From the NCBI RefSeq assembly GCF_937123705.1, contig NZ_CAKZKO010000011.1, positions 6,667 to 70,666 on the forward strand: a stretch of 64,000 bases of DNA, written 5' to 3'. Made by a program: the position numbers and the translations under genes. The notes beneath the pieces were generated by a model that saw nothing but the letters and a program-made list of their open reading frames with translations, was not told the DNA's origin and did not search any database. Numbering within the stretch: the stretch's first letter is position 1; each line of letters begins with the position of its first letter. Below, in pieces: positions 1 through 7,689 of this stretch. This DNA is from an uncultured Paraglaciecola sp. Lineage in GTDB: Bacteria; Pseudomonadota; Gammaproteobacteria; Enterobacterales; Alteromonadaceae.

Positions 1-213
1 CGCATCCTGCGGTGGATTAAAGGACACAGAAAACAAAGGCTGCTGGCATTGCGTACCCTTAGAGACCGCATCGATCTCTAATAAGGCCGCATTTAAAGAC
101 TGGCCAGCCAGCCCTCGTATTTCATGTAACGTGACATGATCATTGTCTTTTGTGTTCGCAAGGTGGTTAGCCAGATTTCTGGCACCACTACGTTGCGAGG
201 CTTTAATGATCAT
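1..213 (-). CDS. Relaxase/mobilization nuclease, N-terminal 71 aa (truncated by the window edge; not in the ORF track)
   Basis: Manual translation from ATG at 213: MIIKASQRSGARNLANHLANTKDNDHVTLHEIRG...KGTQCQQPLFSVSFNPPQDA. This resembles MOBP/VirD2-like relaxase N-termini, and the start overlaps the mobC stop. Confidence 0.85.
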   Translation of the reverse strand, partial: MIIKASQRSGARNLANHLANTKDNDHVTLHEIRGLAGQSLNAALLEIDAVSKGTQCQQPLFSVSFNPPQDA

Positions 214-721
214 TCCGTTGCATTCCACTGTCAGGATAAAGCGGCGCAGGGTCATCCTCTGCATATCCTAGCGCCTTCATGACAGACTCACGGATCAGTG
301 TCAGATCTTCCATTGCCTGCTGGAGCTCTGGCACTTCTATTGATCCGTGTACATTGAGCTGGCGTGCGATTTGGTTAAGGTTGTTACCAATCTTACCCAC
401 AGAGCCCAGAAGTTTCGCCAGCTCAGCTTTATCGCGCACAGGTCGCTTTGCGCGACGCGGAGGAGGAATATCAAAAATGGCATACTTGCAATAACTTCCC
501 ATGGAGATGCCTGCATCTTCAGAACGCTGCTCTAGTTCTTGACGTTCGTTAAAACTGAGCCGCAGAGAAAACGGTGCCTGCCGTTTTTTCTTGGGAGTTG
601 GTGCCTCGCCATTTTTTGCAAGAATGAGATGATTGGGATCACTTGCCGCATTGAAAATGCCGGACAAGTTATCAGGTGGCACATTGCTATTGCCGCTTAA
701 ATTATTGAATTCGTTTTTCAT
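203..721 (-). CDS. mobC: MobC-family relaxosome accessory protein (ribbon-helix-helix)
   Basis: RHH segment SLRLSFNERQELEQRSEDAGISMGSY and the MobC motif LLGSVGKIGNNLNQIAR; directly upstream of the relaxase. Confidence 0.9.
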   Translation of the reverse strand: MKNEFNNLSGNSNVPPDNLSGIFNAASDPNHLILAKNGEAPTPKKKRQAPFSLRLSFNERQELEQRSEDAGISMGSYCKYAIFDIPPPRRAKRPVRDKAELAKLLGSVGKIGNNLNQIARQLNVHGSIEVPELQQAMEDLTLIRESVMKALGYAEDDPAPLYPDSGMQRNDH

Positions 722-746
722 GGATTTCCCCTCCGCTATTTACGAT

Positions 747-815
747 GGGGATGCAACGGGGGTTATGTAATACAACCCCTTGCCCAGACCGTGTGGTACT
801 ACCACACACATCTGG
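747..815. promoter_or_regulatory. Candidate oriT (inverted repeats upstream of mobC)
   Basis: GGGGTT...AACCCC (759-779) and GTGTGGTA-C-TACCACAC (791-807) nested in CCAGA...TCTGG. The position upstream of mobC-relaxase is typical; the nic site was not identified. Confidence 0.55.
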
Positions 816-1365
816 CGTAATCGGTAACTTCAAGTTTATGGCAAATTCCTTACCATTCAGTTAACGCTAACCAATCGGGTTATACAGACTTAGCCCTGCA
901 CTTAAAGGTAAAAACTACCCGTAAAAATTGCATCCCAAAATTAAGTTAGGGACATCCTATAAAGTAATAAAGGGGTGCGTAAATAGCTGAGCAGCAAGTA
1001 ATTTTAATCAGCAAGGACAGGCCAAGACAAGCCCAGACGGTACGTTAAAAATAATTTTGTGACGATATACATTAGAACAATACAAGCGCAATCAACTCAA
1101 CCAAAAATTAACCGACACAACTCTAGGTTAAGCGTTTCTTAACCTAAGTATGATCTAATAGACATGTTGCAGTAGCCCGACTTTACAGGGGTTATATACC
1201 CCTAGTCAGGCTGCTTTTAGTAATCGGGGGTGCAACACGAGGGGGATGTCTGCTTCAGGCTTGACATGCCCCTTATTACACCTTCATTTATTACTCTATC
1301 ACAGGAAGATTTAACAAAGCTTTAAGCAGTTAAATCGAGTGGCTAACAAGAAAAGGAGTAATACC

Positions 1366-1551
1366 ATGTCACAACGTGTTTCTGACGAAGAACTGAAAAA
1401 AGCTTATGAGGTTGCGGCTAAAGTTGTCGCTATTCATGGCGAAACCTACCTGCCTATTTTTGAACGATTAGAGCGTGAATACGAAGCCAGAATGCAAACT
1501 AAAAAAGCTTTGGCACGCGCGCAAGCCGTTGCTGAAAATGTGAGCATCTAA
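1366..1551 (+). CDS. Small helical hypothetical protein (61 aa) beside the integrase
   Basis: AAGGAG RBS before ATG at 1366 (the ORF track starts at 1339); hairpin plus T-rich tract downstream at about 1560-1589. Confidence 0.7.
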   Translation: MSQRVSDEELKKAYEVAAKVVAIHGETYLPIFERLEREYEARMQTKKALARAQAVAENVSI

Positions 1552-1617
1552 ACTTACCCAAAGGCGAATTTCTCGCTTTGCGGTTTTTCATTGACTTAAT
1601 CGGTCATGATCTTTACT

Positions 1618-1893
1618 TGTAACTCAAAATCGCTGGGATACTAAAACAGACAAAAAACGGGATACATTTTAAAGTATCACTTAAGGGTTAAATACCAAGG
1701 CATTGAAATTACTTATAAAACCAATTTCACACTTGCCACATAGGCAGACACCGTGTCCGCCATTTCCCTTAACAATATTTTAAATAATTATCCGGTAACA
1801 TATTGTATAAGCACGATTTTGCTTTTTACTAAGCAGTGCTACGTCTGTTGCATCCCCGATTTGAGTTACATTTTGGGATACAAATTGGGATAC
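1618..1893. promoter_or_regulatory. attP-like site: arm-type repeats flanking a palindromic core
   Basis: GGGATAC at 1635, 1659, 1875 and 1887; TGTAACTCAAA (1618-1628) is the inverse of TTTGAGTTACA (1860-1870); core GGCAGACAC-C-GTGTCCGCC at 1743-1761; immediately upstream of the integrase. Confidence 0.6.
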
Positions 1894-1900
1894 ATGGACG

Positions 1901-3190
1901 ATGACCGATTACTTGATGCAAAGAAATGGCGTGTATTATTACCGCCGCAGAGTGCCAGAATATGTGGCACATTTTGACCCTAGAAAATTTGTGCGCAGCT
2001 CGCTTCAAACGCGAGATCGCCGCGAGGCTATGCGCAAAGCAATGATTCACAATGATTTTATTGAAGAATACTGGCGCAGCCTTGTGCTTCAGCATGGCGA
2101 GCCCAGCCCTAAAACCGACTATAAGCTTGCGGTAAAACGCGCAAGAACCTTTAACCTTAATTACCGTAGCGCTGTTGAAATCAGCGAAGCGCCTATTGAG
2201 CGCATTGTTGGGCGCATTACTCATATAAGCAAAGAATTAGACAGCACCGACACGGTAAAAGCCGTGCTTGGCGGTATCGACAAACCCAATGTTTTTCTTA
2301 AAGACTGTTTAAAGCAATATTGGGAAATCACAAAAATTCGGCTGGTTAACAAATCCTCTAATCAAATCAGAAAATGGCGTAATCCCAGACAAGCTGGTTT
2401 TATGTTTTTTATCGATGTACTCGGTAAAGACAAAGCAGTACAGGATTTACAGCGTTCTGACATTCTTAAATTCCATACGGCATTAAGAGACCGCATTGCC
2501 AAGCGAGAAATATTGGCCAATACGGCCAATAAGAACCTTGGCTATGTGAAAGACATTCTCGCGACCATAGCCCTAGATAATGAAATAGATATAAATTTTC
2601 GCCGCCTCTTTGAGGAGCTTAAATTTAAAATGGATAAAAATTCGCGTCAGCCTTTTGAGGCCAGTTATGTTCAAAATATTTTGCTCAAGGGCGATGCTCT
2701 TGCTGGGCTTAATGATGAAGCGAGAATGCTGATATTCGCGATGAGCGACACAGGCGCGCGCGAATCAGAGCTAATTGGGCTGCGCAAAGAAGATATTATC
2801 CTTACTGGAGAAATTCCGTTCATCTGGATTCAGCCTTATGAAGGGCATGCGCTTAAAACACCCCATTCTGATCGCAAGATCCCGCTTGTCGGTGCATCTT
2901 TGCATGCGTTCCAAAAACAGCCACATGGCTTTCACCGCTACAGCAACTCAGATACTGCATCCACAGCGATTAACAAATATCTACGTGAGAACGAATTACG
3001 GCCAACGCCGAAACAAACACTTTATTCACTGCGGCACACCTTCAAAGATCGCTTGCGGGATATTGGTGCGCCAGAAGAAGTGATTGATGAGCTAATGGGG
3101 CATAAAAGCCGTGGCCCGAAATATGGCCGTGGGCATTTGTTAGAGAAAAAGCATGAATGGTTAGAGAGGATTGCTTTTGAAGTAACTTAG
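1901..3190 (+). CDS. Tyrosine recombinase/integrase with a DUF6538-like N-terminal arm-binding domain
   Basis: N-terminus YLMQRNGVYYYRRRVP...RSSLQT; catalytic motifs TGAR, LKT, YSLRH, MGH and KYG. Confidence 0.9.
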   Translation: MTDYLMQRNGVYYYRRRVPEYVAHFDPRKFVRSSLQTRDRREAMRKAMIHNDFIEEYWRSLVLQHGEPSPKTDYKLAVKRARTFNLNYRSAVEISEAPIERIVGRITHISKELDSTDTVKAVLGGIDKPNVFLKDCLKQYWEITKIRLVNKSSNQIRKWRNPRQAGFMFFIDVLGKDKAVQDLQRSDILKFHTALRDRIAKREILANTANKNLGYVKDILATIALDNEIDINFRRLFEELKFKMDKNSRQPFEASYVQNILLKGDALAGLNDEARMLIFAMSDTGARESELIGLRKEDIILTGEIPFIWIQPYEGHALKTPHSDRKIPLVGASLHAFQKQPHGFHRYSNSDTASTAINKYLRENELRPTPKQTLYSLRHTFKDRLRDIGAPEEVIDELMGHKSRGPKYGRGHLLEKKHEWLERIAFEVT

Positions 3191-3191
3191 G

Positions 3192-3662
3192 TCAACCGAC
3201 AGATGTTTTATTTAGTTCTTCAATAACCAACTGGAGGTATGTGGTCACCCGATCAACATAAAAGTTAAGCACATTCTGGCTATTGTTATCGAAAGTATTC
3301 AGTAATTGCTCGTATTGTTTTCGCGTCATTTTAAAATCAAAATGCTTTTCACCGTGTTCTTTGTGGGTCAACCAAACCGATGTGCTAACGACTTGCGGTA
3401 ACGCTAGATTGAAACAGCGGTCAACTTCAGAATAAGTGAGTAGCTCACTTTCAAGTTCCTTCAAGAACGCTCTGGTAAATTGCTCATTAAGCTGGACGCG
3501 GAACCGTCCTAAGTCACTGGTACTTGAATGTCCTGTTTCTTGCTTATGCAGGGCAAGGCAGCGATAACATTCAGTGCGTCCACATTCACAGTTATCTAAG
3601 TTTTCATCAGAAAAACTTTCACCGCACCCAGAACAAATCGCTCTCATATTCGTAGTCCACAA
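3192..3662 (-). CDS. Hypothetical protein with an N-terminal Cys/His zinc-finger-like motif
   Basis: CSGC...CECGRTECYRC...H within a 156-aa ORF; start codon uncertain. Confidence 0.65.
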   Translation of the reverse strand: MWTTNMRAICSGCGESFSDENLDNCECGRTECYRCLALHKQETGHSSTSDLGRFRVQLNEQFTRAFLKELESELLTYSEVDRCFNLALPQVVSTSVWLTHKEHGEKHFDFKMTRKQYEQLLNTFDNNSQNVLNFYVDRVTTYLQLVIEELNKTSVG

Positions 3663-3714
3663 AACCTATTTAATTGAAAGTATAACGGGACTCAGAAAAA
3701 AGACTCAATAGCGT

Positions 3715-4437
3715 TTATATAGCCTCTTCATGTAATGAAAAAATAAGCAGCATACACAACACCATATTGCACTTGGCCTCAAATATCATTGACTCTAGCT
3801 TGTTACGTTTATCTTCATCGACTTGCGATAGGATTTTTTCATGCATCTGTGCGTGAGTAACGCCAGTTGCATTGGGTTCATTAATAGCCTGCGACATCAT
3901 GACCGTTAGCACCAAAAAATACAGCTTACAAAACGCATAATGCCTTGGGTATTGCGCTTCGCGAATACCATAGTTTTTCTCAGACAACCGGATCAGTAAA
4001 TTCAAGATACGGTAACGGAAAAAATGGTGGGTTGCTGTTTTCTCCTGACCTTGCTGGCCATTTACAGTGATTGCCCCCGTATCTCTGTAATTCTTAAAAT
4101 CTTCATAGCTTATTTCTGAGCCATACTGGCTTAGGATCCCACCTGATTTCTCTTTCAGCAATTCCAGCATCTGATTAAACACTGCGACATCGCCGAACTT
4201 GGTGAGGAAGTCGCCCATTTTGTTGTTACTGGTTGGAAAGTGGCCATCTAATAGCCAAACAACACGTTTACCGATATCGGTAAATATTTTTTGTACAGAT
4301 TGGCGTGATATGCCAACTTGATCAGCGCATTTCTGAGCACTCATGCCCATTGTGTATCCGGCAACCACTTTAAAGACCGTTGCTTGCGGGATTTTTGACG
4401 CTTCATAAAACGGCTTCTTTTTATATCGCCTGACCAT
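3715..4437 (-). CDS. HTH protein resembling an IS1595/IS1016-family transposase without a recognisable DDE core
   Basis: N-terminal SKIPQATVFKVV...SAQKCADQVGISRQSVQKIF and C-terminal RLSEKNYGIREAQYPRHYAFC resemble IS1016-type termini. Confidence 0.6.
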   Translation of the reverse strand: MVRRYKKKPFYEASKIPQATVFKVVAGYTMGMSAQKCADQVGISRQSVQKIFTDIGKRVVWLLDGHFPTSNNKMGDFLTKFGDVAVFNQMLELLKEKSGGILSQYGSEISYEDFKNYRDTGAITVNGQQGQEKTATHHFFRYRILNLLIRLSEKNYGIREAQYPRHYAFCKLYFLVLTVMMSQAINEPNATGVTHAQMHEKILSQVDEDKRNKLESMIFEAKCNMVLCMLLIFSLHEEAI

Positions 4438-4632
4438 ATTCCCGCTCTCAAAACTTCACTTAAAAAGCCCTAGATCATACCTGAATTTACAAGCGGGGCA
4501 ATTTGCTTGGCAAGCTTCGGCGAAGCGCTGGCATGCTGTCACCGCTTGGTTATTATCGTCTTAGCTTTGCAAAGCCTTCAAAAATTATTTTAACCAGATA
4601 GCCCCTGAGTCATCAGGGGCATGGAGGCTTAT

Positions 4633-6318
4633 ATGATCCGTAGAGAAGATCTGTCCAAAATCCTAAAACCTGTCAGTTGGGCAGTGTTTTGGGGCTTATC
4701 AGCCAGCGCTTGTGTTTATCACCGCGCTGAGCTGCCAATACTTGCTGAATTAACAGCGGCTTTTTGCGCTTATCGTAGCTGGAAGAACATCACAGAATCA
4801 TGGCCATTATGGCTGCATGGCCGTTATCAGTACCTTCTTTTAAAAGCGGCGGAAACGCCGTCTGAAAAATTTGGTAAAGCTGGCTTTGCTAGCGAAAAAG
4901 ACATCGAAGCGGCTGGCCTGTTTGATCCGAATAATGGTGTACCTATTGGCTGCTTCAATGGTCGCCCGATGTTTTACCCATTTACCCATGCCTTATGCGT
5001 AGCACCTGCTGGCTCAGGCAAGTCGATTTCAATTGCTTTGCCGTCAAAGCTCCACGGTTATCGTGTAAGCGATGAGAAAGGCAACAGCGAGGCGGCCTCG
5101 GTAGTTGTTACTGACATTAAAGGCGAGATTGCCGCAATGACTGCGCGTATGAGCGAGGCGCAGCACAAACACAAAGTGTTTTACCTCAATCCAGATCAGC
5201 TATTTGGCTTTCCCAATAGCTGCTTTAACCCGCTGCAAATGGTGATTGATGATATGGCGTACCCGCCAATGAATCAAAACGCCTTAGCAGACGCGCAAGA
5301 GTTAGTGCTTCAGCTTTTACCTGAGCCTGCCGAGGGCGATAAGAACAAGTTCTTTCGTAGTGGTTCTCGCAATATGATTTTGACCGCCATGCTGTTTCTG
5401 GCGGCTGAAAATCCAGCGTGCTGCACCTTGCCTGAATTGTTTCGCATTGTCAGTAGCGCCAAGCGTTTAAAAGCGCTGCTTGAAGAAGCTGCAAGTTCAA
5501 CGGCTTTATCCGGTGATATTGCGCTGCTTGCCTCTGGCCTGCTAGATGCAGAAGAAGATTACTTTGCTGACTTTCTGACTGGTGCATTGCAAGTGCTTAT
5601 GCCGTTTAGCCCTTCTACACCACTGGCGCAGTCAGTGAGTAAAAGTGACTTTACCTTTGAAGCGCTAAAACAGGAAAAAACCAGCGTATACATTATGTCG
5701 CGCTATGACCGCCGCGCAGCCTATGCACCATGGATTGGCCTTGTCACTAAGGCAGCCATCAAGTCATTGATCCGCACTGAAGGCAATGTGCCTGTGCATT
5801 TTTTACTGGATGAGGCAACGAACATTCCATTGCCTGGTCTTGCGAATGACTTAACCGCTTTACGCGGCTATGGCCTGCGCTGCCAGTTTATCTGTCAGGC
5901 AAAAAGTGAAGTATCCCGCATCTACGGAAAGGAAGCGACACAGACCTTTTATTCACAAACTGATCTCAAGCAATTCTTTGGTGTGTCATCGCTTGAAGAA
6001 GCAAAAGAAATATCAGACATGCTGGGTAATCACACCATTAAAACACATAGCTTTGGTACGTCGGCAACCAGTCCTGATGCAGATTTAAAAGACTCAATTG
6101 CTGAGACGACCCGCGCCTTAATGCGTCCAGAAGAAGTGCTGCGCATGCCCAATACCGATCAAATCATTTTGGTCGGTGGCGTAGCGCCAATTTACGCTGA
6201 ACGGCTGCCATACAACCTAGTGAAGTCTTGGCATGCCGCGCTTGATGAAAACCCGCTAGAGGGTGGAAAACTGCCCCCTAATACGCAAATGAATATTCGC
6301 TACAAGGAGGTGCACTAA
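4633..6318 (+). CDS. virD4: Type IV coupling protein, VirD4/TraG family
   Basis: Two N-terminal TM segments; Walker A APAGSGKS; VVTDIKGE; Walker B LLDEA; RGYG...Q...YG motif; RALMRPEEV. GGAGG RBS precedes ATG at 4633. Confidence 0.92.
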   Translation: MIRREDLSKILKPVSWAVFWGLSASACVYHRAELPILAELTAAFCAYRSWKNITESWPLWLHGRYQYLLLKAAETPSEKFGKAGFASEKDIEAAGLFDPNNGVPIGCFNGRPMFYPFTHALCVAPAGSGKSISIALPSKLHGYRVSDEKGNSEAASVVVTDIKGEIAAMTARMSEAQHKHKVFYLNPDQLFGFPNSCFNPLQMVIDDMAYPPMNQNALADAQELVLQLLPEPAEGDKNKFFRSGSRNMILTAMLFLAAENPACCTLPELFRIVSSAKRLKALLEEAASSTALSGDIALLASGLLDAEEDYFADFLTGALQVLMPFSPSTPLAQSVSKSDFTFEALKQEKTSVYIMSRYDRRAAYAPWIGLVTKAAIKSLIRTEGNVPVHFLLDEATNIPLPGLANDLTALRGYGLRCQFICQAKSEVSRIYGKEATQTFYSQTDLKQFFGVSSLEEAKEISDMLGNHTIKTHSFGTSATSPDADLKDSIAETTRALMRPEEVLRMPNTDQIILVGGVAPIYAERLPYNLVKSWHAALDENPLEGGKLPPNTQMNIRYKEVH

Positions 6319-6479
6319 TGCAAAAACTGACTGTTCGTTTTCGTAAGAAAAAGCGCTACCGATTTTCGCTCTCGTGGTTTTTGGGCTCGATATTGAAGCT
6401 GTTTCTTTGGATATGGGCGCTCAGAGTGACCGTTATACCCAGCGTTTTTATTTACCTGCTGTATCAGTGCAGCACTTAA
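6318..6479 (+). CDS. Small membrane protein (53 aa; not in the ORF track)
   Basis: AGGAGG RBS; TAATG overlap with the virD4 stop; MQKLTVRFRKKKRYRFSLSWFLGSILKLFLWIWALRVTVIPSVFIYLLYQCST. Confidence 0.75.
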   Translation: MQKLTVRFRKKKRYRFSLSWFLGSILKLFLWIWALRVTVIPSVFIYLLYQCST

Positions 6480-6500
6480 CAGACATAAAGGAGAACAACC

Positions 6501-6932
6501 ATGTTTAACGTATTACTCGAAAAATGTGCAGATTGGCTACTACCCATCATTGGCGGCTGCCTTGTGTGGTATAGCGTGCACTATTTTGCATTAACGCCGC
6601 GCATTATCACTATTGATAGCAAACGTTTCTACGTGCAGGACAACTCACTGCCAAATCAAGTAAACAACTGTTTGCGCGAGCGTTTAGGGCGGCAAGTATT
6701 GCAAACCGGATTAATGGAAGCGGCTTTATACACCGCAACACTTAAACATTTGGCAGAGCCGTATCAAGACGTATTAGCCAATGCTTATGTGACTTTAGAT
6801 GAAACCTGCGGCGTGAGCTACGCAAGACGCAAAGCACTAGAGAAAAAGCGTAGCGAGGCTGAAGCAATTAACACCATTAAAAATGTGACTGAAAAAATTA
6901 AATTCTGGCGCAAACTACTAACGGGGAAATAA
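6501..6932 (+). CDS. Membrane-anchored hypothetical protein
   Basis: AAGGAG RBS; N-terminal TM segment; Cys pair in the soluble part; charged C-terminal helix. Confidence 0.75.
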   Translation: MFNVLLEKCADWLLPIIGGCLVWYSVHYFALTPRIITIDSKRFYVQDNSLPNQVNNCLRERLGRQVLQTGLMEAALYTATLKHLAEPYQDVLANAYVTLDETCGVSYARRKALEKKRSEAEAINTIKNVTEKIKFWRKLLTGK

Positions 6933-6936
6933 CACC

Positions 6937-7332
6937 ATGCAAAAAATAATTTATAGCAAAGACGACATTATTGTGAGCACCGCTCTTTTTAAAACAGCGC
7001 GCCGTACCTATCGCATAAGCGATATTGAAAAAATCGCCATTAAGCGGCCTCTGCTTTGGTTCTCACTGCCCATAGCGCTTGGTAGCTTTGCGTTACTCAG
7101 TAACTTTCAAAGCTACCTCTATGTGCATGAGCGCTGGTTTTGTATGGCAGGCTTTATATTGCTGCCTTTAATCGGCTGGTTTATCGCCACCTTAAATGTG
7201 ACATCCAGAGCTTACACCAATGACTTAGCGGCCATTGGCTGGATGCCGACATTATCGGCAGCCAGAAACGCGCTGGATACGGTTATTTTTAAAACGAATT
7301 ACAGGGCTGATGTGATCAGCCATGAAGACTAA
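6937..7332 (+). CDS. Hypothetical membrane protein (2 TM, DUF6232-like layout)
   Basis: Beta-rich N-terminus (RTYRISDIEKI) followed by two hydrophobic helices; 4-bp gap from the upstream gene. Confidence 0.7.
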   Translation: MQKIIYSKDDIIVSTALFKTARRTYRISDIEKIAIKRPLLWFSLPIALGSFALLSNFQSYLYVHERWFCMAGFILLPLIGWFIATLNVTSRAYTNDLAAIGWMPTLSAARNALDTVIFKTNYRADVISHED

Positions 7333-7344
7333 AGGGGAATAATC

Positions 7345-7608
7345 ATGGTTAGAGAATATTTATCAACCAAGGATCTATGCCAGCGCTTTCGCTGTTCGTC
7401 ACGCACCATTTTTCGGCGCATGACGCGCGAAGAAAACCCTTTCCCGCAACCGCTTATCAGGCAAGCAGGCAGTTTTAACCTATGGTGCGCGGATGCTGTG
7501 ACAGAATGGGAAGCGCTGGAAATAGAGCGATCCGAGAATTGCCGCTGGGGCGGCATTAACGCCAGCCCGCCAGTAGCCGTTGAAAAACTAGCTCGGCGTT
7601 GGCATTGA
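7345..7608 (+). CDS. AlpA/excisionase-like winged-HTH protein
   Basis: YLSTKDLCQRFRCSSRTIFRR...NPFPQP...W...VTEWE. Confidence 0.85.
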   Translation: MVREYLSTKDLCQRFRCSSRTIFRRMTREENPFPQPLIRQAGSFNLWCADAVTEWEALEIERSENCRWGGINASPPVAVEKLARRWH

Positions 7609-7689
7609 TTAACCCTGCCACAAGGAAGTGGCTATCAATTTTATCTTACTAGTCTAGCCAAATATAACTTACCTATTTTGCAATTATTA

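Noticed and set aside
1753-2224. ORFs 1753-1977 and 1829-2224 as genes
   Set aside because: They overlap the att repeats and the integrase, with no RBS or recognisable motif.
3715-4437. Active insertion sequence
   Set aside because: No catalytic DDE motifs, terminal inverted repeats or target duplication are visible.
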